NCBI GenBank assembly: GCA_002840305.1
Contig: PHAI01000002.1
Span: 266,707 to 330,706, forward strand
Source: Candidatus Falkowbacteria bacterium HGW-Falkowbacteria-1
GTDB lineage: Bacteria > Patescibacteriota > Patescibacteriia > Patescibacteriales > UBA12465
Length of the DNA stretch: 64,000 nucleotides
Reading direction: 5' to 3'
The notes under the pieces were generated by a model. It had not been told where the DNA came from and ran no database searches. It was given only the letters and a program-made list of their open reading frames with translations. Both the position numbers and the translations under genes were made by a program. Each line of letters begins with the position of its first letter. The first letter of the stretch is position 1. Of the stretch, positions 9,331 through 19,700 are shown one piece after another.

Positions 9331-10800
9331 TTAAAAAAATCTAGCCAGCATTTCTTTTTTTCTATTATTCGACATTTTACTAAGATCACAATAGTTTGAA
9401 AATCTTTGTCTTAACTCTTTAAAATAGCTATATTTCTTTAAATCCTCTGGTCCAAAAACATCAATCATTTTTTTAAAACCGCTCTCCATTCTCTCTACAA
9501 GTGACAATAATTCCTTTCTGTCAAAAGACTTATTTAACAATTTTTGGCTTATTTTTTCACCAAATTCTTCAAAATCAGAAAAATTATCTATATTCAAGGG
9601 AAAAACAAGACTGCCTTTCAAGCCCGATGATTCCCGACCTATATAAAAATCAACCCTTTGAGCTTCAAGATTCTCTTTGCCCTCTTCGGCTAATTTGCCC
9701 AAAAGCAAATTAAATCTCTTTAGAATACTATTATACTGGCTCCTGCCACTAGTGCTCAAATCTTTGCTAATAGTTTCGAGGCTAGTTTTAAAAAAATGGA
9801 AATTTTTAATAAATCTATTATTATAATCATATCCTGGATTTTTATGATTATCCTCCTTTATTTCTTTGATGTCCTTATTTATATCTATTATAGTTTCCTT
9901 AATTTTTTGCTCTAACTTCTTATGAGCACTCTTTCTTTTGGCTCTCGGAATAAAACCAAGTTCTGGCGGATTATCTATTGCTCCATTCAAAAACTCAACA
10001 ACAGAAGAAAATTCAATTAGTGCCACCTCTCTATTAGCATTTACTACATTCTTTAACTCTCTCTTTAATTTCTGATAGTTTTCTGACTCAAAATTAATCT
10101 TAGCATTTTTAAAATCAAGCTCTGTAAAAATTATTTTATCATTATTAATTTCTATTTCCCTAGTCTTTTTCTCATCATCATGATCAATTTTGATCTTTCT
10201 GTCTCTAAAAACTTCATTTATTTTGCCATTGTTTACAGCCAAGAAAGAAGAAAAGGACTTTTCTAAATTATCAAAATAATCGAGAGTTCTAACCTCGGGG
10301 TTTTTTCGCAACAAACGAGAAGAGGCTTCGGTTAAAAAACTCAACTCCAAATTATCCTCAAAATTTTTTTCTATTTTATTTTTATGTTCTTCTGGTCTCC
10401 TAAGCTTTGTCTTATCTTCGAACCCCACTATGCTCACTATATTTAATTTTTTATCAAAATCTTTGTCATATTTTAAGGCATGAGAAAATTCATTCTTTAA
10501 AATTTTAAATAATTCCTCGTAACCATACTCTTCGGCTAAATCCAAAATGTCAGAATTAACAAAAACCTCTTCTATATTACTTTTATAAAAGCCAACGGGA
10601 TGTTTCTCTATTTTTGATCTGATTTCAAGAATAATTTTCTTTCTTTTTTTCAAAAAATCAGGATCACCCTCGTCAACAAATTCTAATAACTCATTATCCT
10701 TATCTTGACTCTCTGGATTGTCTTGTTTTTCTTCAATATTATTCTCCTCAATCTTTTTATTTAATTCTTGATTTTGATTTTGTCCTTCCAGCACACTCAT
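9331..10800 (-). CDS. Orphan charged helical protein between rfbC and rfbB
   Basis: 489 aa ORF rich in K/E/N, no motif recognised. Confidence 0.65.
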   Translation of the reverse strand: MSVLEGQNQNQELNKKIEENNIEEKQDNPESQDKDNELLEFVDEGDPDFLKKRKKIILEIRSKIEKHPVGFYKSNIEEVFVNSDILDLAEEYGYEELFKILKNEFSHALKYDKDFDKKLNIVSIVGFEDKTKLRRPEEHKNKIEKNFEDNLELSFLTEASSRLLRKNPEVRTLDYFDNLEKSFSSFLAVNNGKINEVFRDRKIKIDHDDEKKTREIEINNDKIIFTELDFKNAKINFESENYQKLKRELKNVVNANREVALIEFSSVVEFLNGAIDNPPELGFIPRAKRKSAHKKLEQKIKETIIDINKDIKEIKEDNHKNPGYDYNNRFIKNFHFFKTSLETISKDLSTSGRSQYNSILKRFNLLLGKLAEEGKENLEAQRVDFYIGRESSGLKGSLVFPLNIDNFSDFEEFGEKISQKLLNKSFDRKELLSLVERMESGFKKMIDVFGPEDLKKYSYFKELRQRFSNYCDLSKMSNNRKKEMLARFF

Positions 10801-10874
10801 AATATTATTTTAAAATATAATTATAGAAAAATCACTGTTCACAATTAAAATTATATCACTTTTTGCGAAAAATG

Positions 10875-11324
10875 TCAAATTTTATAAGGAGAACTTTCAT
10901 CTTCCTCCCAACGAATCTCGTCAATTTCCTCATTTTTACCTTTTCCCCTGTAAAGCTTATCAGGAAAATTTAAACAATAAGCATTATTTTGACTTATACA
11001 TTTATAACCATGAACAACTCCAGGCGGCACAATTACTAATCTTGGATTATTTTCACCAACCTCAATTTTTAAATGTTCCCCATTTGTTATACTATTCTCT
11101 CTTCTGTCCCATAAATAAAGCTCGAAAACACCAGGACCAACAAAAACAAAGCAATCACTTTGATATTTATGTTCATGAGGGCCACGAATTACACCCGGTT
11201 TTGTTACACTAATATAAGCCATTTCCGCTTTATAACTTAACTCATCGGAACGATAAATTTCGCTAAGCCAACCACGATCATCTTCATACTTGTTGAGTTC
11301 TTTAATTATAAGATCCTTAATCAT
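10875..11324 (-). CDS. rfbC: dTDP-4-dehydrorhamnose 3,5-epimerase family
   Basis: DDRGW, RGPHEH and VPPGVVHGY cupin motifs. Confidence 0.9.
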   Translation of the reverse strand: MIKDLIIKELNKYEDDRGWLSEIYRSDELSYKAEMAYISVTKPGVIRGPHEHKYQSDCFVFVGPGVFELYLWDRRENSITNGEHLKIEVGENNPRLVIVPPGVVHGYKCISQNNAYCLNFPDKLYRGKGKNEEIDEIRWEEDESSPYKI

Positions 11325-11509
11325 AGTATAAAATTTAATTTTTATGATTTAATTATAACATTTGGCAGGCCTAAATACAACATCATAATCCTCTTGATTT
11401 ATTTTTACCGCTATGATATTATTTAAATCAGCCATCAAAGATATGGCTTTATTATAATTATTATTAAGGAATATCGCAAAAATTTTGACGAAATTACCTT
11501 TGTGCTAAT

Positions 11510-11785
11510 ATGAAAAAAAATATTCACCCAAAATATAACAAAGAGATAAAGGCGAGCTGTGCTTGTGGTCATTCTTTTGTTACTGGTTCTACTGAGGCAG
11601 AAATAAAAACTGAGCTTTGTTCTGCTTGCCATCCTTTTTATACTGGAAAGCAAAAATTAGTTGATACTGCTAATCGTGTTGGCAAATTTAAAGCTAAATT
11701 AGAGCTTAAAGATGATAGTAAAAAAGGAAAAAAAGCCAAGAGGGTTGCTAAGGACAGCAAAAAGAAAGAAGACAAAGACAAATAA
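11510..11785 (+). CDS. rpmE: 50S ribosomal protein L31 (Zn-binding type)
   Basis: [26 protein letters not shown]. Confidence 0.97.
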   Translation: MKKNIHPKYNKEIKASCACGHSFVTGSTEAEIKTELCSACHPFYTGKQKLVDTANRVGKFKAKLELKDDSKKGKKAKRVAKDSKKKEDKDK

Positions 11786-11841
11786 CAAAACAAAATATAA
11801 AATAAATAAAAGCTCTGAACAAGGGCTTTTATTATACAAAC

Positions 11842-12885
11842 ATGAAAAATTTTAATGAAATAAAGGAAAAATTTAAAAGCTTAGAGGAGAAAATGCTCGA
11901 CCCCAAAATAATCGCTGACAGCTCTCAACTAACAAAAATAAACAAAGAACATGCTAACTTAAAAAAGGCCCATGCTCTGATTTTGAGTTTGGAAAAAATA
12001 GAAAATGATATAAACGGCAATGAAGAAATAATAAATTCAGAAAACGACATAGAGTTGAAAAGAATGGCAGAAGAAGAACTAGAAAAACTAAACGAAGAAA
12101 AAAAAGAAATCGAAGAAAAATTAAATGAAGAATTATTCCCCGCTGATCCGAATGATAAAAAAAATGTAATTATTGAAATTAGAGCTGGCGCTGGTGGCGA
12201 CGAAGGCGCACTGTTTACAGCTGAACTATTTAGAATGTATGCCAAATTTGCTGAAAAAATGAATTGGAAAAGTGAAATGCTTAGTTCCAGCGTTATTGGA
12301 ATTGGTGGATACAAAGAAATTATTTTTTTTATCAAAGGAGAGGGCGCTTACGGCTGTCTAAAATATGAAGCCGGAACTCATCGCGTTCAAAGAGTACCAG
12401 AGACAGAAAAACAAGGACGTGTTCATACCTCCACCTCAACCGTTGTTGTTTTGCCTGAAGCTGAAGAAGTAGATATAAAAATAGAGGCCAATGATCTTCG
12501 AATAGATACATTCTGCTCTTCGGGGCCAGGAGGTCAAAGTGTTAACACTACTTACTCGGCAATTAGAATAACTCATATACCAACAAATACTGTTGTTAGT
12601 TGTCAAGACGAAAAATCGCAACATCAAAACAAAGAAAAAGCCATGCAAATCCTACGCTCCAGGTTGCTAGCTAAAGCAGAAGAGGAAAAAGCCATGAAAG
12701 ACTCACAAGAAAGAAAAAGCCAGATTGGTGGTGGTGATAGAAGCGATAAAATTAGAACCTACAACTTTCCTCAAGATAGAATAACCGACCATAGAGTAAA
12801 TAAATCATGGAGTAATACTAACAAAATAATGGAGGGCGAAATTGACGAAATAATAAAAGAATTAAAGAATCTAAATAAAAAATAA
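11842..12885 (+). CDS. prfA: Peptide chain release factor 1
   Basis: GGQ motif, PET (PxT) motif, RTYNFPQ. Confidence 0.97.
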   Translation: MKNFNEIKEKFKSLEEKMLDPKIIADSSQLTKINKEHANLKKAHALILSLEKIENDINGNEEIINSENDIELKRMAEEELEKLNEEKKEIEEKLNEELFPADPNDKKNVIIEIRAGAGGDEGALFTAELFRMYAKFAEKMNWKSEMLSSSVIGIGGYKEIIFFIKGEGAYGCLKYEAGTHRVQRVPETEKQGRVHTSTSTVVVLPEAEEVDIKIEANDLRIDTFCSSGPGGQSVNTTYSAIRITHIPTNTVVSCQDEKSQHQNKEKAMQILRSRLLAKAEEEKAMKDSQERKSQIGGGDRSDKIRTYNFPQDRITDHRVNKSWSNTNKIMEGEIDEIIKELKNLNKK

Positions 12886-12958
12886 AATCTTGTTTTATGC
12901 CGCTTTTTTTGAAAAAAAAGTCGGCGCAAAAAACAAAACCACATACAATCTTAAAAAA

Positions 12959-13837
12959 ATGACTATCAAGGAACACTTAAAACTTCTATACACGGAATTA
13001 AAAAAATCAAAAATTGAAAACCCCAGATTAGAGGCTGAATTAATAATTGAGAACATTCTAAAGGTAAACAAAAAATATTTAATACTAAACCCAAACAAAG
13101 AAATAAATAAAAACAACTTAAACAAAATAAAAAACCATCTAGAAAAAAGACTAAATCTTTATCCGATGGCTTATATAAAAAAAGAAAAATATTTTTACAA
13201 CTTAAAATTTTTCGTAAATAAAGATGTTTTAATTCCTCGCCCTGAAAGCGAATTGATTATTGACGAAATAATAAAAAAAACAAAAGATAATTCAGAGGCC
13301 ACTACGATCATGGACATTGGTACTGGTTCTGGATGTTTAATAATTAACCTAGCCAACATTTTATCCAAAAACAAAAAAATTGATTTCTACGGAATAGATA
13401 TTTGTCAAAAAGCTTTAAAAATAGCGGAAAAAAATGCCAAATTAAACAAAGCAGAAAAGAATGTAAAATTTATCCAAAGTGATTTACTTCAAAAAATAAT
13501 AGACAAGAAAATAAAATTAAAAGAAAAAATAATTATAACAGCCAATCTCCCATATTTAACCAAAGAAGAAATAAAAAATTCGCCCAGCATAAAGTTTGAA
13601 CCAGTAAAAGCTTTGGACGGCGGTAAGGACGGTTTAAGATATTACAAGAAAATATTAAGCCAAGTTAAAAAAATAAAAAATAAAAAAAACCATATAGAAA
13701 TCTACATGGAAATTAGTGATTGGCAAAATAAAGTATTAATTTTAGAAGTTAAAAATATTCTAAAAAACTACAAAGTTAAAATAAAAACAATCAAAGACTT
13801 AACAAAACAAAATAGATTAATATTGGTAAGTTTATAA
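12959..13837 (+). CDS. prmC: Release factor glutamine methyltransferase
   Basis: LIPRPESE, DIGTGSG, ANLPY; follows prfA; ATG 12959 preferred over TTG 12890. Confidence 0.92.
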   Translation: MTIKEHLKLLYTELKKSKIENPRLEAELIIENILKVNKKYLILNPNKEINKNNLNKIKNHLEKRLNLYPMAYIKKEKYFYNLKFFVNKDVLIPRPESELIIDEIIKKTKDNSEATTIMDIGTGSGCLIINLANILSKNKKIDFYGIDICQKALKIAEKNAKLNKAEKNVKFIQSDLLQKIIDKKIKLKEKIIITANLPYLTKEEIKNSPSIKFEPVKALDGGKDGLRYYKKILSQVKKIKNKKNHIEIYMEISDWQNKVLILEVKNILKNYKVKIKTIKDLTKQNRLILVSL

Positions 13838-13847
13838 TTTTTTAAAA

Positions 13848-13870
13848 AAGAGGCTTAAAATAAGCCTCTT
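13848..13870. terminator. Hairpin between convergent genes
   Basis: aagaggctta-aaa-taagcctctt inverted repeat. Confidence 0.6.
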
Positions 13871-13877
13871 GCACAAA

Positions 13878-14312
13878 TTACTTTTCGTCAGAAAGCAAGG
13901 AAATGATTTGAAACTCTTTTTCATATCTCTTTAACTCTCCGCTTACCCTTTTTAACTCTTCAGAACAATCATACATTAGGTTCGGATAAGACATCTCCTT
14001 TTCGCTGATCATCGCCCTGTAATTTCTTTTAATTTTCTCTTCAGACAATTTACCAAAAGGCAAAACAAAATAGCCTAAAAGTACAAAAACAAAAAAAAGA
14101 ACACAAAGATAAGAGTGAACAGACTCAAGGTCGCCCAATCCCAAAAACGGCTGTTGTATATATGTTGAAACAAAAATGCCCAAAGAGAAAAGAAAAAGAA
14201 CAAAGAGCAACCATTGTCTAACTCTTTTACCCTCTTTTACTTCTCGCTCAGCTTCTTTCAATAATTTGGCGCGGAACTCTTCAACGCGCAACTCTTCAAC
14301 AACTATTTTCAT
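13878..14312 (-). CDS. Hypothetical two-TM membrane protein
   Basis: 144 aa, two hydrophobic segments, own promoter upstream. Confidence 0.6.
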   Translation of the reverse strand: MKIVVEELRVEEFRAKLLKEAEREVKEGKRVRQWLLFVLFLFSLGIFVSTYIQQPFLGLGDLESVHSYLCVLFFVFVLLGYFVLPFGKLSEEKIKRNYRAMISEKEMSYPNLMYDCSEELKRVSGELKRYEKEFQIISLLSDEK

Positions 14313-14419
14313 AATACCTCTGATTTTAAAGTTGATACTAAGTTAATTAGCGAAACAGTTTAAAAAAAACAATTTTGCTAATCAACCTAATAAAAACGAA
14401 TTTTAAAGATCAACACCAC

Positions 14420-14448
14420 TTTATAGCATACTTTATATATAAAGTCAA
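14420..14448 (-). promoter_or_regulatory. Sigma70-type promoter followed by a boxA-like motif (14401-14411)
   Basis: TTGACT-17 nt-TATAAA with TGn extension, then GATCTTTAAAA. Confidence 0.65.
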
Positions 14449-14454
14449 TATTGC

Positions 14455-15579
14455 CTAATATTTTACTTTTGTATTTTCATCTATAAAGTGAACCCAAGTT
14501 TTGCCAGAATTAAAAATAAACTCCTCTCCATTTTCATCATAATACCTGGTCCTTGAATTCTCATCATCTTTCTGCCAATAACCACTGTGACAAACGCCAT
14601 CGGAGCAAATCACTGCTGTATTTTTACTGATTAGTTTAATTTTAAGACGAAGCTCACTGTCTAAAATCTCCGTTTCTACAAACTGCAAAATAACATTGCT
14701 GGCAGAAATCTGATCTCCATTATTATCCAGATGTTTTTTACCGGCCAAATCTTTTAAATATAAATTTGCATTCAAATCATAATCCCAACTAATATCATAT
14801 TGTTTTTGTCCGTTTGAAATATCTATTTCAAAATTAGACAAAGCCAAATTAATACTTGGCAAGTCTTTGTCGTTTTTAAACTGCCAGGATTCGAATTTGG
14901 AATTTTCATAATTTCTATCTTTCAAATATTCTTTAATAAGGCCAAAATTGGCCAAAACATTGTGCGGAGCTAAATAATCTTGATAACGCCTAAAATAATC
15001 ACCATTATAAAATTCATTAAAATCTAATAGCTTCTCCTTGGAAATCCTAGCTAAGGCCTCTGGACTACCTCCACAATGAACAAGCATAGCCCCGTATTCT
15101 TTAGCTATATCTAAAAAATAAGGCCTAGCGCTACGAACTGGTCCAATTTCTAAATTGGGCTGCTCATCATTAACTGCAAAAAAAGCCAAATATCTATTTA
15201 TTCCCCCCTCCGCTGGAATATCATAAACCAATTCGGCTGAAGACAAGCCAAATGCCGGACGAGCATCTGGATGATTATCTATAACGGTCGCCACCAAAAA
15301 CGGAGAAATATCACTTTCACTTGGGACTTCTTTGCCGTCTATTAACCGATAAAAACAATTTAAGCAAGCATCATCAGACAAAATATTTTCTTCTTGCAAA
15401 GACTGCTCATCATTAAAAACCTCTTCCGAGCTATTTTTGACAAACAAAAACAAAAAAACTAAAACCAATAAGACAACAGGGGGAATTAAAAAATAAAAAA
15501 GCCTTTTTGGCTTACTCATTTTATTAATTTTATTGATTTCTTCGCCAATTCTTTTTTTAACAAAAATTATCTTAGACAT
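14455..15579 (-). CDS. DUF3048 (YerB-like) membrane-anchored protein
   Basis: IDNHPDARP, AEGGINR, IGPVRSARPY, HCGGS, APHN motifs. Confidence 0.9.
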   Translation of the reverse strand: MSKIIFVKKRIGEEINKINKMSKPKRLFYFLIPPVVLLVLVFLFLFVKNSSEEVFNDEQSLQEENILSDDACLNCFYRLIDGKEVPSESDISPFLVATVIDNHPDARPAFGLSSAELVYDIPAEGGINRYLAFFAVNDEQPNLEIGPVRSARPYFLDIAKEYGAMLVHCGGSPEALARISKEKLLDFNEFYNGDYFRRYQDYLAPHNVLANFGLIKEYLKDRNYENSKFESWQFKNDKDLPSINLALSNFEIDISNGQKQYDISWDYDLNANLYLKDLAGKKHLDNNGDQISASNVILQFVETEILDSELRLKIKLISKNTAVICSDGVCHSGYWQKDDENSRTRYYDENGEEFIFNSGKTWVHFIDENTKVKY

Positions 15580-15585
15580 AAATTT

Positions 15586-16800
15586 CTAAAGTTTTTTTAT
15601 TTCTTCTAGTGTTTCTTTCGCGCATTTTTTCCAAGAAAAGTCTTTGGACCGATTAAGACCCTTGATAATCAATTCTTCTTTCTTGACCGAATCATTTAAA
15701 AGTAATTCTATTTTTGAAAGTAAATCATTAGAATCTAATCTTCTAAAAAATAAGACTGAATCAACTCCTATTTCTTTAAAAACTTCAATATCAGAAGCTA
15801 TTACTGGCACGCCACAAGCCATGGCTTGAAGCAAAGGGATACCAAAGCCTTCATGCAGAGAAGGAAAAATAAAAATTTCAGCTCCACTAAAAATATAAGG
15901 CATATCCTTCTCTTCCACCCAGCCGAGCATTATAACATCATTAAACAAATCTAATTCGGATATCATATATTTGAACTCATCATAACCAAAACCAATATTC
16001 CCAATGAGAACTAATTTCTTTTTACTCTCTTTATTTTTTTCTTTAAAGGAATGGAAAGCTTCAAGCAAAATATTTATATTTTTTTTCTTTTCTATTCGTC
16101 CGGCATACAAAAAAAATGATTGGTTTATACCATAGCTACTAAGAACTTCTTTAATTTTATCTTTATCTTCTATTTTCTGATATAAAGAGTTATTATAGCC
16201 ATTATAAACCATGGCTATTTTTTCACTTTTAATCTTATAAAAATTAAGTATTTCGTTTTTTGTAAAATTTGAAACTGTAATTATTTTTTTTGCTCTTTTT
16301 AAGGCAAATTTAGTTGACCAGTTTAAATAATCTGAAGACTCAAGTCTATATCTTCCATTGGTAAGGATTTTAATAAAAAATTTTATAATTCCCCTCGTTG
16401 AATCTGAGTCGAAAGAAACAACATCGCCACCATAAAGACGCTTGTCTCGCTTAAAGGCAATATCGTGAATGGTCGTTATAGTTTTTTTTGGGAAAAAAAA
16501 TGGAATAGCATGAGCCGGAACAAACAAAACATCAGGAGCGGAAAAAATCATCTCCAAACTTAATCTGCCTAATGTCCAAAAAAATTTAAAAGGCCAATTA
16601 AGAACTTTTATTTTTACATGTTTATTTTCTTCTAAATTTAAATCTTTTAAAAAATATTCCGACAAAGACTTATCGGAATATAAAATGTACTTGTTTTCTT
16701 TATCTATCTCAATTAGATTTTTAATCAAATAATAGGAGTACCATTCGGTCCCTGTTTTAAAATCTCTATTAGCTCTTGATGCATCTATCCCTATTTTCAT
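15586..16800 (-). CDS. GT4 family glycosyltransferase
   Basis: TIHDI, GRIEKKKN, FPSLHEGFGIPLLQAMACG. Confidence 0.92.
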   Translation of the reverse strand: MKIGIDASRANRDFKTGTEWYSYYLIKNLIEIDKENKYILYSDKSLSEYFLKDLNLEENKHVKIKVLNWPFKFFWTLGRLSLEMIFSAPDVLFVPAHAIPFFFPKKTITTIHDIAFKRDKRLYGGDVVSFDSDSTRGIIKFFIKILTNGRYRLESSDYLNWSTKFALKRAKKIITVSNFTKNEILNFYKIKSEKIAMVYNGYNNSLYQKIEDKDKIKEVLSSYGINQSFFLYAGRIEKKKNINILLEAFHSFKEKNKESKKKLVLIGNIGFGYDEFKYMISELDLFNDVIMLGWVEEKDMPYIFSGAEIFIFPSLHEGFGIPLLQAMACGVPVIASDIEVFKEIGVDSVLFFRRLDSNDLLSKIELLLNDSVKKEELIIKGLNRSKDFSWKKCAKETLEEIKKL

Positions 16801-16835
16801 AAAAATAAAACATCGCTTGAATAAAAAAAGCGATG

Positions 16836-17849
16836 CTATTTAGTGGCCAGAATACTTCTTTTATAAGAATCCAAATTATCCAAAGCTATTCCGGTTCCCT
16901 TAGCGACGCAAAGAAGTGGATCGTCAGCAATATAAGCTGAAACTCCTAATGCTCTTGAAAAAAGTTGATCAATATTTTTGAGCAACGCCGTCCCTCCAGT
17001 CAAAACGATTCCCTTGTCTATTATATCAGCCACCAATTCTGGCGGAGTTTGTTGTAATATTTTTTTGGCAGTATTTAAAATTGTTTCTAATTCTCCAGAA
17101 ATGGCCGCAGTAACATCATTGCTATTAACTTCTACAGTTCGAGGAAGCCCACTGACACCATCTCTACCATTTATATCCATAACAAGTTTGTTGTCATCAT
17201 CTAAAAATAAAGCTGAACCAACTTTAATTTTCATTTCTTCAGCCGTTCTCTCTCCAATAACTAAATTATATTTTTTTCTAATATATTCTAAAATTGCTAA
17301 ATCCAATTTATTGCCACCGACCCTAACGGAAGTTGAAGAAACAACACCACCCAAAGATATAACGGCCATCTCAGAAGTCCCTCCACCGATATCAACGACC
17401 ATGTGACCATTGGCAGAGCTGATTGGAATATTGGCCCCAATAGCGGCCGCCACAGGCTCTTTAATGATATACGCAGCTTTGGCTCCAGCAGCAATCGTGG
17501 CTTCTATTACGGCCCTTCTTTCAGTTGATGAAATTCCAGCGGGAACAGCCACCATAACTTCTGGTCTAAAAATTCTAACCTTGCCTAAAGTTTTGTTTAT
17601 AAAATAACGAATCATGGCTTCGGTTGTGCGATAGTCAGCAATGACTCCATCTTTTAGCGGTTTCAAAGCTATGATAGTATCTGGTGTTCTGCCTAGCATA
17701 TCTTTAGCATCGTTTCCGACAGCCAAAATCTTGTTATCATCGATAGAAACAGCAACAACACTAGGTTCGTTAATAACCACGCCTCTTTTTGGCAAATAGA
17801 CCAAAGTATAGGTTGTGCCCAAATCAATTCCGATTCTTTTAGCAAACAT
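16836..17849 (-). CDS. mreB: MreB/Mbl-like actin homologue (paralogue 1)
   Basis: GIDLGT, EPSVVA, DIGGGTSE, LTGGTALL. Confidence 0.92.
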   Translation of the reverse strand: MFAKRIGIDLGTTYTLVYLPKRGVVINEPSVVAVSIDDNKILAVGNDAKDMLGRTPDTIIALKPLKDGVIADYRTTEAMIRYFINKTLGKVRIFRPEVMVAVPAGISSTERRAVIEATIAAGAKAAYIIKEPVAAAIGANIPISSANGHMVVDIGGGTSEMAVISLGGVVSSTSVRVGGNKLDLAILEYIRKKYNLVIGERTAEEMKIKVGSALFLDDDNKLVMDINGRDGVSGLPRTVEVNSNDVTAAISGELETILNTAKKILQQTPPELVADIIDKGIVLTGGTALLKNIDQLFSRALGVSAYIADDPLLCVAKGTGIALDNLDSYKRSILATK

Positions 17850-17927
17850 AATTTTATTATCAGCTTTAAATATAAGTATATATTAGCTCTTAAGCTGTTT
17901 TTAGTCAATAGATTTTAATAAAAAACC

Positions 17928-18944
17928 TTATAATTCTCTAGTTTCTTCGCGATTCTTACTGTTTGCTAGCCTCAATATCATTAACTTCAATTTATAAGAA
18001 TTACCATGTTTAATTAACCCTAAATAAGAATTCAAAGAATCTTTTTTATTACTTTCTTTTAATTTATAAATCATTCTTCTTTTTGTTGATCTTCTTAAAA
18101 CTTTATACTCGGGAAAATTAATCCACCCCAAAAAATCAAGACCAGAAGAAACTGTTTTGACAAACGTTTTTTGAGGATGAATTTCTAATTTTAAATTTAA
18201 AAATAAAAATTCTTTAATCGGATTAATTTTATTCTCTAACCATTCCTTATTATCTGACATTATTACAAAATCATCGGCATAACGAATATAAAATTTGGCC
18301 TTAATTTTATGTTTTATAAATTGATCAAATATATTAAGATAAATATTGGCAAAAAGCTGAGAAGTGAGATTTCCCAATGGCAAACCCTTACCTTTTTTAA
18401 CTTGAAAGCTATAAATAATATTTTGCAAAAGACAAATAATATTTTCATCAGCAATATATTCATTTAAAATACCAAGCAATACTTGATGATCAATACTAGC
18501 AAAAAATTTTCTAATATCTCCTTTTAGCACCCAACAATTTTTGGTATTATTTTTACTAATTTTCAAAAAAAATTTATTAAATCTTGATACAGCTTTGTGC
18601 GTACCCTTATTTAAACGACAAGAATAACTATCAAATATAAAAATTTTATCGAAAAATGGATATAATTTACGATAAATAGCATGATGAAGTAATCGATCGC
18701 GAACATTAGCTTTATGAATATCTCTAATTTTTGGATCAAAAACTTTAAATGCCTTATAGCCACCGTGATTATATTTATGATATAATAGATCGTAATGTAA
18801 ATTTAAAAGATTGCCCATTAAGCTTATTCCAAACAATTGAACATCACGACGTCCACGCTTGCCATTTAGAAATTCGCCCCAAGCGCTTAACAAGTTATCT
18901 AAATCTATAATATCTTCAAATTTATGAGTCAATTTAATTTTCAT
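17928..18944 (-). CDS. DGR reverse transcriptase
   Basis: 338 aa; RDRLLHHAI, KGTHKA, GDIRKFFASIDH, GLPLGNLTSQLFANIYL (SQ, DGR type), YIRYADDF. Confidence 0.96.
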   Translation of the reverse strand: MKIKLTHKFEDIIDLDNLLSAWGEFLNGKRGRRDVQLFGISLMGNLLNLHYDLLYHKYNHGGYKAFKVFDPKIRDIHKANVRDRLLHHAIYRKLYPFFDKIFIFDSYSCRLNKGTHKAVSRFNKFFLKISKNNTKNCWVLKGDIRKFFASIDHQVLLGILNEYIADENIICLLQNIIYSFQVKKGKGLPLGNLTSQLFANIYLNIFDQFIKHKIKAKFYIRYADDFVIMSDNKEWLENKINPIKEFLFLNLKLEIHPQKTFVKTVSSGLDFLGWINFPEYKVLRRSTKRRMIYKLKESNKKDSLNSYLGLIKHGNSYKLKLMILRLANSKNREETREL

Positions 18945-19338
18945 ACATCTAATTCTACCCCCCCCCCCCCTAAATTTACAACTAGCCCCACTCCTTCAAA
19001 AAAGCAAAGATACATATCTTTTGTGGTATTCTTATTTTAAAACATTACCCAAAGAACATCGTTTTAGTCTTGGTATTAAAATAGATAACCTTTTTGTAGA
19101 AATAATAGAATTTATTTCTGGAGCATTATATACAAACAAAGATGAAAAAATATTTTATATAAAAACTGCTATCAGAAAAAATGATGCTTTAAAATTACTA
19201 CTTTTAATTCTTTGGGAAACTAAATCAATAGATAATAAAAAATATTTAATGCTTTCCGAAAAAATCAATGAAATAGGTCGTATGCTCGGAGGTTGGGCTG
19301 GGCAAATTATAAAACAAAACTCCTCTATAAAAAAATAG
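18924..19338 (+). CDS. avd: DGR accessory variability determinant Avd (four-helix bundle), frameshifted at a C13 tract; in-frame part runs from about 18961, track ORF from TTG 19021
   Basis: PLLQKSKDTYLLWYSYFKTLPKEHRFSLG...EIGRMLGGW is Avd-like. The nearest upstream ATG (18924) is one base out of frame across the C13 run. Confidence 0.85.
18958..18970 (+). repeat. C13/G13 homopolymer, candidate slippage tract
   Basis: 13 consecutive C in a very AT-rich genome, inside the avd 5' end and 13 nt upstream of the RT ATG. Confidence 0.9.
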
Positions 19339-19347
19339 AGGAGTTTT
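19316..19347. terminator. Perfect 13-bp inverted repeat at the avd stop and TR 3' end; terminator-like in both directions
   Basis: aaaactcctctat-aaaaaa-atagaggagtttt with T-runs on both strands. Confidence 0.7.
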
Positions 19348-19350
19348 TTT

Positions 19351-19483
19351 GAAACTTGCGAGAGCACAAAAGCAAACCCGTTATCACGATCCCACCTACT
19401 GCCAGAATTGTCATAGTTCGTATTCAGCCAGGAACCACTGCCATCGCGATTAGCGTTGAGCAATAAAGGATCGCCGTCAGAAT
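19351..19483 (-). repeat. DGR template repeat (TR)
   Basis: 133 bp, aligns without gaps to 19833-19965; all 14 mismatches are at TR adenines; rich in AAY codons (NANRD...NTNYDN...DRDN). Confidence 0.97.
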
Positions 19484-19700
19484 TATGCAAAACACCGCCT
19501 ATTACACCGCCCTTTGAATACTCAAACAGGCTGAATATTATTCGGCATCATAATGCCATAGTGTTTTGCACCAAGTTTCGTTATATAGCATCAATATTTC
19601 ACTCTACCTACAGCCTTGGCCGAAGATATTCTCAAAATAATAACGCTCATCACAGTGGCCACCAACCTTGATCAATGACATATTCACTTTGACTGATTCT

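Noticed and set aside
17928..18944. RT as a group II intron, retron or CRISPR-associated RT
   Set aside because: No maturase/endonuclease extension, intron domain V, cas genes or array; the TR/VR pair and Avd identify a DGR.
19155..19490. 111-aa minus-strand ORF resembling the target C-terminus
   Set aside because: It is the TR read in the VR frame continuing antisense through avd, not a separate gene.
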